This document shows positions 6,608 through 15,204 of a stretch of 64,000 nucleotides of DNA, piece by piece. Source of the DNA: Phormidium sp. (GTDB taxonomy: Bacteria > Cyanobacteriota > Cyanobacteriia > Cyanobacteriales > Aerosakkonemataceae); the NCBI GenBank assembly GCA_051013385.1, contig CP143273.1, positions 1,152,001 to 1,216,000 of the forward strand, read 5' to 3'. Within the stretch, counting starts at the first letter, position 1; the number at the start of each line of letters is the position of its first letter. Under the pieces are notes generated by a model. That model made no database searches. It was not told the origin of the DNA and was given only the letters and a program-made list of their open reading frames with translations. A program made the translations under genes and the position numbers.

Positions 6608-9077
6608 TGAACCTGATGATGGTTACTTGCTTGCAAAAAATCGGATTTATCGAGAGGGTACTAAACAGCTAAAACCAGGATGCCATCTTGTTGTTCATAC
6701 TATAGATGTTGTCCATGCCGCAGAAACAATTTTCAGTGTTATTGGCAGCGATCTTAAACGCTTCTTTCGACTGACTGATGAACAGATGCCAACATTGCAG
6801 GCAACATCTCAACTTGCTTCTTTTTGTCACGACTGGGGAAAAGCCAACGATGGATTTCAAGATATGGTACGCCATAAGCGAAAAGATCAAGTAATACGAC
6901 ATGAACACCTTTCTGCTTTACTCATCAGCTTACCTGAAGTAAGAAGTTGGCTTGAGGGGAAGCAAAGCATCGGACAAACCATGCCTCATCATGTTGACTT
7001 TGAGTTAGTAAGATTACTTGTACTTGGGCATCACCTCAAAGCTGTAAGCAGAAAAAGAAATGAGAGATATACCGAATTTTGTAAGTTATGCAGTAAAGAC
7101 AAGGACGAGCAAAATTTTACTGTATTCTCCAAACATCAACAATTCAGAAAGTTACTGAGATGGCTATGTCGTTCACCATTTAACCTACCGGAGCCAAATT
7201 TTGTAATCCCTGAATGCTGGAGTTATTCTGATGATGACAAAAGTATAAATGTTCGTAAACTGCGGGATAGTATTTTAGGTGAATTCGCGAAATTAGAACT
7301 TCAACTTGGAAAAGATGATGCAAGATTACGGCTATTCATGGCTGCTAGAGTGATAGTACTTTCGGCTGATGCAGTAGCTTCAGGATTACGGCGTGTATCA
7401 GTTCCAGAGAACGATATATCTTTAGGGCAAAAACCGAGAGAGTTATCACAAGAAAAATGGATTGTTACAGGTCTGCAAAAAGGCAAAACTTCCAATGATA
7501 TTGAGAGACTTTTAGACAAGCGTAAAGAAATCATTATAGAGCGCAAAAAGAAAGAAAAGAAAGAAGGAATTACAGATTTTGTATTTACATATCAAAAGTT
7601 CCAAGAACAAGCAGCCAAACTCGGCGATCGCGCTTTGTTGCTTGCTCCCTGCGGCTCTGGAAAAACAATTGCTGCTTATCTCTGGATACAGAAGCAACTT
7701 GAAACACATCCTGAATGGAAAGTTATTTTTCTCTACCCAACTACAGGAACAGCAACGGAAGGCTTCAAGGATTACGCATCTCACGATGATAATGCTGCCT
7801 TAGTACATGGTCGCGCAGAATTCGACTTGAAAGGAATGTTTAATAATCCAGACGAGCGAAGTGAAAAGGATTTCCTTGCTGAGAAACGCTTATTTGCCCT
7901 TGGCTATTGGCATGATGCCATTTTCAGCGCAACTGCTGATGCGTTTTTAGGTTTCATGCAAAATAACTATTCATCTTTATGCTTGCTTCCTATGCTAGTA
8001 AAGAGTGTTGTAGTGATTGATGAAATTCATAGCTTTGATTATGCAATGTTTTCAGCCCTACTGGAATTTTTAGAAAAATTTGATATTCCTGTTTTACTGA
8101 TGACAGCCTCACTGCAAAACGATCGATTGCAAAAATTAAAGAAAAGGATTCCCTCTCTTCAGGTATATCCCACCGAAGAAGACATGAAAGTTTTAGACGA
8201 TCTCCAAACATCAGCAGATGCAGAACGATACTCTATTAGTTTTGAAAAAGATAACTCTAGGCTAACTAAGGAAAAACCATTTCCTGATGAGCTACTTCAC
8301 ATTGCTCGTCAGGCTTATGCTGACGACTATAAAGTTCTGTGGGTTGTTAACACGGTCGCTCGATGTATTTTAATTGCTCAATTACTCGAACAGCTTGATG
8401 TTTTTTGCTACCATAGCCGTTTTATGTACGAACATCGAGTAAAACAGCATCGGAAAGTTGTAGACGCATTTCAACCTTCTAATGTAGAAGGCGCGATCGC
8501 TGTTACTACTCAAGTTTGCGAAATGAGTTTAGATTTAGATGCGGCTATTCTAATTACTGAACTTGCACCAGCACCATCATTAATTCAGCGTATGGGGCGT
8601 TGTAATCGTAAGCAAAAACCAGGTAATCCAAGTGAGTTTGGTAGGGTTTATATTTACAAGCCACGTAATGAACTACCCTATGAAAAAGAAGTTTTAGATT
8701 CTGGTGAGGAAATGTTGTCTAAACTAGACTTAACTAAACCAGTTAGCCAATCTGCGCTTTCTCAAACTTTAGAGTCTATCAATATGACTAAAGAACGTGG
8801 AAAAAATTGCTTGTTTACTACACCTACTTGGGAGGCATACAGTCCTAATGACTTTAGAGATATAGAAAATCATACTGTTTCTGCCTTACTAGAATCAAAA
8901 GTTGATAAATTTCGCTGTTTCCAGAAAAAAAATGAAAGTACAGCGGGAATTATTTTGCAAGCACCGCGAGAATGGGCTAAAAAGGCAATTAATGGAATCT
9001 GGTTGCCGATAGTCCCGGATCAAGCTGAGTCGGCAAAATACAAATATTGTACGAGATATGGATTAAGGGAGGAGTAG
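6591..9077 (+). CDS. cas3: Cas3 HD nuclease-helicase
   Basis: HDWGK and RHE HD motifs, APCGSGKT Walker A, DEIH, TAS, QRMGRCNR; ATG 6591 has an AGGAG RBS. Confidence 0.96.
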   Translation: MSIIANEPDDGYLLAKNRIYREGTKQLKPGCHLVVHTIDVVHAAETIFSVIGSDLKRFFRLTDEQMPTLQATSQLASFCHDWGKANDGFQDMVRHKRKDQVIRHEHLSALLISLPEVRSWLEGKQSIGQTMPHHVDFELVRLLVLGHHLKAVSRKRNERYTEFCKLCSKDKDEQNFTVFSKHQQFRKLLRWLCRSPFNLPEPNFVIPECWSYSDDDKSINVRKLRDSILGEFAKLELQLGKDDARLRLFMAARVIVLSADAVASGLRRVSVPENDISLGQKPRELSQEKWIVTGLQKGKTSNDIERLLDKRKEIIIERKKKEKKEGITDFVFTYQKFQEQAAKLGDRALLLAPCGSGKTIAAYLWIQKQLETHPEWKVIFLYPTTGTATEGFKDYASHDDNAALVHGRAEFDLKGMFNNPDERSEKDFLAEKRLFALGYWHDAIFSATADAFLGFMQNNYSSLCLLPMLVKSVVVIDEIHSFDYAMFSALLEFLEKFDIPVLLMTASLQNDRLQKLKKRIPSLQVYPTEEDMKVLDDLQTSADAERYSISFEKDNSRLTKEKPFPDELLHIARQAYADDYKVLWVVNTVARCILIAQLLEQLDVFCYHSRFMYEHRVKQHRKVVDAFQPSNVEGAIAVTTQVCEMSLDLDAAILITELAPAPSLIQRMGRCNRKQKPGNPSEFGRVYIYKPRNELPYEKEVLDSGEEMLSKLDLTKPVSQSALSQTLESINMTKERGKNCLFTTPTWEAYSPNDFRDIENHTVSALLESKVDKFRCFQKKNESTAGIILQAPREWAKKAINGIWLPIVPDQAESAKYKYCTRYGLREE

Positions 9078-9079
9078 GA

Positions 9080-11071
9080 ATGGCTAGAAAATCACAAAAT
9101 AATAATAGTGAATATCAGCAACTTGAACTCGATTTTGCTGCTGCTGATGCAAGAGCCGAAACAGAGAGTTTGCTGCAAAAGCCAAAACAAGAAAATTCGC
9201 CAAAAAACTCAAAAAAAACTACTACTAAAGAACTTGCCCCACTGGTTTACGATCCACTCGATCCATCACTTACAGTTTTTCATCGTGCTGGAATTGCTGG
9301 GTTGTACTTGCAAATCAAAGCGATGGAGAAATTGAGAGAGGATGCAGAGGATGATAAAAAGGATAACTACATTATTCCAGATTATGAGCTATCTGAGGAT
9401 GGTAGAATTTTAACCATTAGATTAACTGAAGAAAGCTTTAATTCATTAATGCGAGAACGCTATCAAGGTACAATGGTAAAGAAGGTAGTTAATTTAGAAA
9501 AACATAAGAATATAAAAGACAAGGCAAAAAAGCTAAATGAAGTATCTGACAATTTGGAAAAAGGAGAAACATTTTATAGAGTTTTCGTTCAAAAGATTGA
9601 AGAACAAGGGAAAGAAAAATTTGAATATCTTGTTTTAAGACCTGCTTTTAATTATTTTAAAGTATTCAATGCACCATTAGCTTGGCAAGAGCATATACAG
9701 AACAGTGCATGGAATTCATTTTTATGTATTTATCAGCAACAAGTATTTTTTAAAGGTTATAAAAAAGATGAGTGCGTTAGTCGAGCAGATGAATTATGGA
9801 AATCATTGATGGGGAAACCTTACAATGACTTGAAAAAACACATTTATCCAAACTCTCAAGAAAAGGATTTAAAAGGTGTGGAGATTCAAGATACTGGTCG
9901 AAGAGGATTACTACTACATTTTTGGATGCTTGTTTCCACATTCTTTACTCTGAAGGGAATTGAGTATAAGAAATCAGAAAAAACGAAAGAAAAGGAGCTT
10001 GTAGATAAATTATTTTCACCAATAATTGTTGTGCCTGCTGTTATCAATACAGAAGACTTTACAACCAAGTTTATTCAAGAGCTTGGGGAACTTCCTGAAC
10101 CTAAAGAGGGTAGTAATTATCTACCTGAGAAATATATCGCTAGTCCTCTTGAAGCCTCTCTTGCTTACTTTGCACCACGTTATGCTTATTACAAAACCAG
10201 TGCTGCTGACTCAGTTGGTATGCACGGAGTTCAAGTATGTACTTACGGAAGGACTGGTAAACAAGCCGTTATTAGAGAGATTAGCTATGAATCAATAGAT
10301 GAGGAAATCGTTGAAAGGTATAAGGATTTGTTGAGAATTTCCTCATTTCCCTATAGAGCGATGCGAGTGCAAAATTTAATTGAAGGACGAAACTGGCATG
10401 ATGGCTTTGAGCTTCTGCTTGCAAGGTATCCACTCGATCTTTTTATCGCTATTAAAGGTCAAGATGACGGTTCCAGAAAGTTTGATCGAAGAGCATTACA
10501 GCTAGTGCAGAATATCTACTATGATTTTCAGACTCAATTAAAAAAGGATAAAAAAATGAATAGGACAAGCATAGAAACTTTAATTTGGCGAATAGTTAAA
10601 AACTATGTTGAATGGCGAGCTTACAACAAGGGAAATATTTCTGAGAGTGAGCAAGCGAGGCTTAAAGAGCTAAAAAGTAATCTAATAAAACCCAATATGT
10701 CCACAACGGATAAGAAAAAAGCTAAAGACGCTCTAACCAAACATGACAAATACTCAACTTACAATAAGGCAGTTCTTGAAACTACAGCAGACTTGTTTAT
10801 CAACTTTCGTGGGCGGCGCGACCCGAAAAATTTTGCAGATGCTTTCTGTGAAACTTTTTTTCGCGCTCCTTCCTATCTTCATCCCGATCAAATGGAACAA
10901 ATTCGCTCTTTTTATGAAGGGGATGAATGGGAAAGTGGTAGAAGACTTGTCCTAATGGCTATTTCTGCTGCTGGCGCACTAGCGACTTTTGGGGCAACGG
11001 ATAATGTCAATGATTCTACAGATGATGAAGATTTAGACGTTGATGATCAAGATAATTCTGAGGAGGAATAG
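9080..11071 (+). CDS. cas8: Cas8 large subunit (I-MYXAN/Cmx8-like)
   Basis: HRAGIAGLY N-terminal motif, position between cas3 and cas7; GGAGGAG RBS before ATG 9080. Confidence 0.85.
   Translation: MARKSQNNNSEYQQLELDFAAADARAETESLLQKPKQENSPKNSKKTTTKELAPLVYDPLDPSLTVFHRAGIAGLYLQIKAMEKLREDAEDDKKDNYIIPDYELSEDGRILTIRLTEESFNSLMRERYQGTMVKKVVNLEKHKNIKDKAKKLNEVSDNLEKGETFYRVFVQKIEEQGKEKFEYLVLRPAFNYFKVFNAPLAWQEHIQNSAWNSFLCIYQQQVFFKGYKKDECVSRADELWKSLMGKPYNDLKKHIYPNSQEKDLKGVEIQDTGRRGLLLHFWMLVSTFFTLKGIEYKKSEKTKEKELVDKLFSPIIVVPAVINTEDFTTKFIQELGELPEPKEGSNYLPEKYIASPLEASLAYFAPRYAYYKTSAADSVGMHGVQVCTYGRTGKQAVIREISYESIDEEIVERYKDLLRISSFPYRAMRVQNLIEGRNWHDGFELLLARYPLDLFIAIKGQDDGSRKFDRRALQLVQNIYYDFQTQLKKDKKMNRTSIETLIWRIVKNYVEWRAYNKGNISESEQARLKELKSNLIKPNMSTTDKKKAKDALTKHDKYSTYNKAVLETTADLFINFRGRRDPKNFADAFCETFFRAPSYLHPDQMEQIRSFYEGDEWESGRRLVLMAISAAGALATFGATDNVNDSTDDEDLDVDDQDNSEEE
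10556..11071 (+). CDS. cas11: Putative internally translated Cas11 small subunit
   Basis: In-frame ATG inside cas8 preceded by AAGGA; helical C-terminal domain with F.INFRGR and FCETF. Confidence 0.6.
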   Translation: MNRTSIETLIWRIVKNYVEWRAYNKGNISESEQARLKELKSNLIKPNMSTTDKKKAKDALTKHDKYSTYNKAVLETTADLFINFRGRRDPKNFADAFCETFFRAPSYLHPDQMEQIRSFYEGDEWESGRRLVLMAISAAGALATFGATDNVNDSTDDEDLDVDDQDNSEEE

Positions 11072-11074
11072 ATT

Positions 11075-12193
11075 ATGTCACAAGAGAAGAAAAGAAATAA
11101 CATTTTTGGTTGTGTATTGACTCCTGAAGCCCCATCTTCTAACTATCGGGGTGGTGTTGAGGGTAATTTGAACGTTCTCCAGAAACTAAGATATGAGGAT
11201 GGCGATCGTACTATCTTCAGTGCAGAAGCAATTCGCAATCGACTAAGGGAAATGCTAAGGGAAGATGGATTCTGTTCAAATCGTTCTCGTTTGTCGAGTC
11301 AAGGACAATTGACTGTTAGGTATGAAGATTATCCGAATCCACTGAAATATATTGATGATCGGCTATTCGGGTTTTTGGCTTTAAATAAGCCAAATGACAT
11401 CAAAAGTGTTGAGGATAAGTTAAACCAAAAGCCGAAAGGGAAAGGGAAACGAAAAGAGAAACAATCTGAAGATATCACTGAACCAGAAAATGACAAAAAT
11501 AAAATTTCTCCACAGGAAACAGAGAAACTTGAAGAATTGCTCAAAAAACTCAAAGAATTTCCAGAATACCAAGGAGATTCAATTCTTCGTATTAACTACG
11601 CTATTTCTCTAAAGCCTTTTAAGTACGATGCAAGTTTACATCAATCTCCTAAAATTGTAGGAGCATTTAAAAACTCTGATGATTCAGCCATTATTCAGCG
11701 TGAAGTTCACGTTAGTGCTTATCAATATCCCTTTGGGTTGAATTTGAACGATCTTCTTGTTCCAGAGCATATATGTGAAGCTTTGAACATTAGCGAACAA
11801 CAAAAACAGGATTACGAGCAAGCCTCTAGACAATGGGCTGCGGCTTTACTAAGAGCAATTGGAGAGTTGAATGGTGTTGCAGGAAATCATGCGAGGACAA
11901 TGTTTCCTTTCTCGCCTGTTTCGATTGTGCTAAGATTAACTGCACGTCGTACCCCTGATTTCGATATTTATGGTTTTAAGCTAAATCATGCTGATACCCA
12001 TAAAGAGTTGCTTGAAGATTTGAGAGAGAACCGTTTGCCACGTAATGAGTTTTATCTCGGTGGTCAAATTGTAAAAAAGATGGACGATACTCTCAAAGTA
12101 TCCCTATCACAAGAAGGTAACTCAGTGAATCTTTTTGAGATGTCTAAAGATGCAATTGATGCCTTAATTCGTGATGCAGCTTTGGAGGCATAA
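11075..12193 (+). CDS. cas7: Cas7 (DevR/Cst2-like) backbone subunit
   Basis: NYRG..EGN...LQKL, SAEAIRNRLRE, YIDDRLFGFL and VAGNHAR motifs. Confidence 0.93.
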   Translation: MSQEKKRNNIFGCVLTPEAPSSNYRGGVEGNLNVLQKLRYEDGDRTIFSAEAIRNRLREMLREDGFCSNRSRLSSQGQLTVRYEDYPNPLKYIDDRLFGFLALNKPNDIKSVEDKLNQKPKGKGKRKEKQSEDITEPENDKNKISPQETEKLEELLKKLKEFPEYQGDSILRINYAISLKPFKYDASLHQSPKIVGAFKNSDDSAIIQREVHVSAYQYPFGLNLNDLLVPEHICEALNISEQQKQDYEQASRQWAAALLRAIGELNGVAGNHARTMFPFSPVSIVLRLTARRTPDFDIYGFKLNHADTHKELLEDLRENRLPRNEFYLGGQIVKKMDDTLKVSLSQEGNSVNLFEMSKDAIDALIRDAALEA

Positions 12194-12864
12194 TGCTTTT
12201 TATCTATTTCAAAGCTCCATTTGGTGCTTTTAAGCCTTTTCAAAGCGTCGAGATGTTGGCAACAGTTGAGTTTATGACTTACTCTGCTGCCTATGGGTTC
12301 TTGCTTGGACTAGCAGGGATTAATAGCAGAGATCCACAAACAAAACAGGCTTATATAAATACTAGAATCGCACTTGGAACATTGAAACTACCAAGGAAGG
12401 GAAGAGTTCTTCAGCAATTACATAAGGGAAAACCAAGTACGGAAAATTTTGAACGTGCGAAAGGAAGAAAGCCTTATATAGATGTTTTTTGGAGAGAGAT
12501 ACTATATGACAAACTAGAAGGCTATATCGGTTTGGATAATCCTGAACTTGAGGTATTAGTAGAACGAGGCATTAACGAGCCATCAAGTTTAAGTTACTGG
12601 GGATTACCATTCATGGGAGACAATAATTTCTTTGTTCAGCAACTTGATATCGTTGAGCATCCTCAACCTTGTAGGTGGTTTTCATCTATAGACAATGGTA
12701 ATTTACCAAGAGGAGAGCGTCTTTATTATTTATCAGTTTGGACAGATTATCAAGATAGCATTCGTTCCAAAAGCTTATTATTCCGGCTGGATGAGAAACA
12801 AGAAACGCCTATTGGACAAGATAGATTTTGGGTATCAATTCAGGAAGCTAAACAAAAGCCTTAA
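12193..12864 (+). CDS. cas5: Cas5 (DevS/Cmx5-like)
   Basis: APFGAFKPFQ, TYSAAYGFLLGLAGI and GLPFMGDNNF motifs. Confidence 0.92.
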   Translation: MLFIYFKAPFGAFKPFQSVEMLATVEFMTYSAAYGFLLGLAGINSRDPQTKQAYINTRIALGTLKLPRKGRVLQQLHKGKPSTENFERAKGRKPYIDVFWREILYDKLEGYIGLDNPELEVLVERGINEPSSLSYWGLPFMGDNNFFVQQLDIVEHPQPCRWFSSIDNGNLPRGERLYYLSVWTDYQDSIRSKSLLFRLDEKQETPIGQDRFWVSIQEAKQKP

Positions 12865-12877
12865 TTGTTCTTTCAAC

Positions 12878-12912
12878 GCGGAAAGGTTTATGCCGGATCA
12901 GTTAGCTAGAGT
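12878..12912 (+). promoter_or_regulatory. Second operator copy GCGGAAAGGTTTATGCCGG plus -10 TAGAGT upstream of cas4/1
   Basis: 15/19 identity to 3902-3920 with the same 10-nt spacing to a TANNNT box. Confidence 0.6.
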
Positions 12913-12968
12913 AAAACTAACCCTAGAGATCGTTAAGTGTGTATTTCTATAACCTTGAATCATTGACT

Positions 12969-14639
12969 ATGTATGCTCTAGAATCAACAAATCTAACTGA
13001 ATCTAAGCAAGATACCCTTCGCGTTTCTGCCCTGCACGCCCTCGCCTATTGTCCGCGACTTTTCTATTTAGAAGAAGTCGAAGAACTTTACACCCAAGAT
13101 GCAGCAGTTTTTGCTGGTCGCAGACTGCACGTTGAAATTGAAAAACAGGAGGATGAAGAGTGGTTAGACCTATTTCTAGAAAGTGAAGAATTAGGATTAC
13201 GAGGTCGAGTTGATGCCCTTCGCACTCGTGACGGAGAAACTATTCCTTATGAACATAAGCGAGGTCGATCGCACCGTGATGATAACAATCAACCGCAAGC
13301 TTGGGAAAGCGATCGCATCCAAATCCTAGCCTACGCTTGCCTACTCGAATCCGCTTTGGGCATCACCATCAAAGAAGGTAGAATCCGTTACCATGCCGAT
13401 AACGTACTAGTTCACATTCCTTTGGACGATGCCGGACGAACCGCAGTTAAAGATGCAATTCAAAAAGCTCGATCGCTTAAGGAATCCATCCATCGTCCCC
13501 CGGTGCATGATAACGAAAGGTTATGCGCTCGTTGTTCCCTGGCTCCAGTTTGTTTACCAGAAGAAGCGCGACTAGCTCATGACCGGGAATGGCAACCGAT
13601 TCGCTTATTTCCCAAAGATGACGAACGGCAGGTACTTCATGTTTTAGAACCAGGGACAATGGTTGGTCGCACCGGAGAACAACTCAAAATCAGCCGTCGC
13701 GATCGACCAGTGGAAACCTACCCAATTCGTCAAGTCGGACAAGTGGTGCTGCACAGCTTCGCGCAAATCTCTACCCAAGCGTTGCATTTTTGTGCTGCTT
13801 CTGGGATTGGAGTACACCTGATTTCTGGTGGTGGGCGCTATCTCGGTAGTTTTGATACCAGAGTTGGCAGTATTCAGCGTCGGATTCGCCAATACCAAGC
13901 TTTGAGTAATTCTGATACTTGTTTGCAACTGGCACGAACACTGGTCACTTGTCGCGGACAAGGACAGAGGAAGTTTTTAATGCGTGGGGCTAGAGGTATC
14001 AAGGAAGTGCCAGAGAAACTGGAAAAAGCGATCGCGCAAATGCAACGCTTACTCAAACAAGTACCAAAAGCTCAGTCTTTGGAATCACTCTTAGGACTCG
14101 AAGGAAATTTAGCAGCATTGTATTTCGGTGCTTTGCCTCATCTAATTTCTCAGACAGTTCCAGAAGAATTACACTTTGATGGTCGTAATCGTCGTCCACC
14201 GCTCGATCGATTTAACGCTTTGTTGAGTTTTGGTTATGCCTTACTGATCAAGGATGTAATGAACGCGATCCTAACAGTTGGCTTAGAACCAGCGTTAGGT
14301 TTTTACCATCAACCTCGCTCCCAAGCTTCACCTTTAGCACTAGATTTGATGGAAGTTTTCCGCGTACCATTGGTGGATATGACGATCGTTGCTTCCATTA
14401 ATCGTGGACAATGGGATGTCCAAGCTGATTTTGATGCCCGCAAGCATCAAGTTTGGTTAAGTGACTCAGGGCGGCGCAAACTGGTTAGTTTATATGAAAC
14501 CCGAAAAGAGGAGAGTTGGAAACATCCGGTAACTGGCTATTCCCTAACTTATCGTCGTCTGTTGGAATTAGAAGTCCGGCTATTAGAGAAGGAATGGATG
14601 GGTGAGGGTGGTTTATTTGGTCAGCTAGTGTTGCGCTGA
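12969..14639 (+). CDS. cas1: Cas4-Cas1 fusion (I-MYXAN type)
   Basis: N-terminal Cas4 (YCPR, GRVD..EHKRG, CARCSLAPVC) fused to Cas1 (LGLEG, RNRRPPLDRFNALLSFGY, LALDLMEVFR). Confidence 0.96.
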   Translation: MYALESTNLTESKQDTLRVSALHALAYCPRLFYLEEVEELYTQDAAVFAGRRLHVEIEKQEDEEWLDLFLESEELGLRGRVDALRTRDGETIPYEHKRGRSHRDDNNQPQAWESDRIQILAYACLLESALGITIKEGRIRYHADNVLVHIPLDDAGRTAVKDAIQKARSLKESIHRPPVHDNERLCARCSLAPVCLPEEARLAHDREWQPIRLFPKDDERQVLHVLEPGTMVGRTGEQLKISRRDRPVETYPIRQVGQVVLHSFAQISTQALHFCAASGIGVHLISGGGRYLGSFDTRVGSIQRRIRQYQALSNSDTCLQLARTLVTCRGQGQRKFLMRGARGIKEVPEKLEKAIAQMQRLLKQVPKAQSLESLLGLEGNLAALYFGALPHLISQTVPEELHFDGRNRRPPLDRFNALLSFGYALLIKDVMNAILTVGLEPALGFYHQPRSQASPLALDLMEVFRVPLVDMTIVASINRGQWDVQADFDARKHQVWLSDSGRRKLVSLYETRKEESWKHPVTGYSLTYRRLLELEVRLLEKEWMGEGGLFGQLVLR

Positions 14640-14648
14640 GGTGAGCAA

Positions 14649-14942
14649 ATGGCCCAAGCAAAAAACTGGTATTTGGTTGCTTATGATATCCGTTGCTCTA
14701 AACGCTGGCGTAAAGCTTACAAACTGTTGCAAGGATATGGGGAACGATTGCAATATTCTATGTTTCGTTGTTGGTTGACTCAACGCGATCGAGAAAAGTT
14801 ACGCTGGGAATTAGAGCAAATTTTAGCCGCAGAAGATGCGCTGCTGCTACTTCGACTCTGCAACCGCTGTGTTGAGGGAGTGCAAATGTACAACCGTCCT
14901 GGTGCATGGCCTCTGCAAGAAGAAACGTATCATATTGTCTGA
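14649..14942 (+). CDS. cas2: Cas2
   Basis: YLVAYDI and GERLQYSMF motifs. Confidence 0.96.
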   Translation: MAQAKNWYLVAYDIRCSKRWRKAYKLLQGYGERLQYSMFRCWLTQRDREKLRWELEQILAAEDALLLLRLCNRCVEGVQMYNRPGAWPLQEETYHIV

Positions 14943-15204
14943 TGCAAGCATCTGTGGCTGTGAAGCAATGACAATTGTTTTCATAGCTCAAAAACCTTAT
15001 CACCATTTGGTTAGAGCTTTTTTGAAGTGAAAGGAGGTGCTTGCAAAATGCTAGAATCTAGGCTGGATAAGCTTTCTGGTAATAGTACCTCACTAATTGG
15101 TCAAGGATTTTAGCCAAATTTAGAGCTGCTTTATTGCTTATTGCCGAGAGGTGCTTGTAAAATTAGTGAGCAGCGCCTGTCCTGTAATAGTTTCAGCCGC
15201 CGCT
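14943..15204 (+). promoter_or_regulatory. Leader of CRISPR array 2
   Basis: TGCAAGCATCT at 14943, AGGTGCTTG at 15035 and 15149, ending CGCT at the first repeat. Confidence 0.85.

Noticed and set aside
12869..12901. Loose similarity to the 36-bp duplicated unit at 5436
   Set aside because: Needs several gaps; better explained by the ungapped operator match to 3902-3920
5921..14942. Possibility that this is a CRISPR-associated transposon (type I-B CAST)
   Set aside because: Intact cas3 and adaptation genes; no tnsABC/tniQ in the window and no spacer seen matching the tRNA
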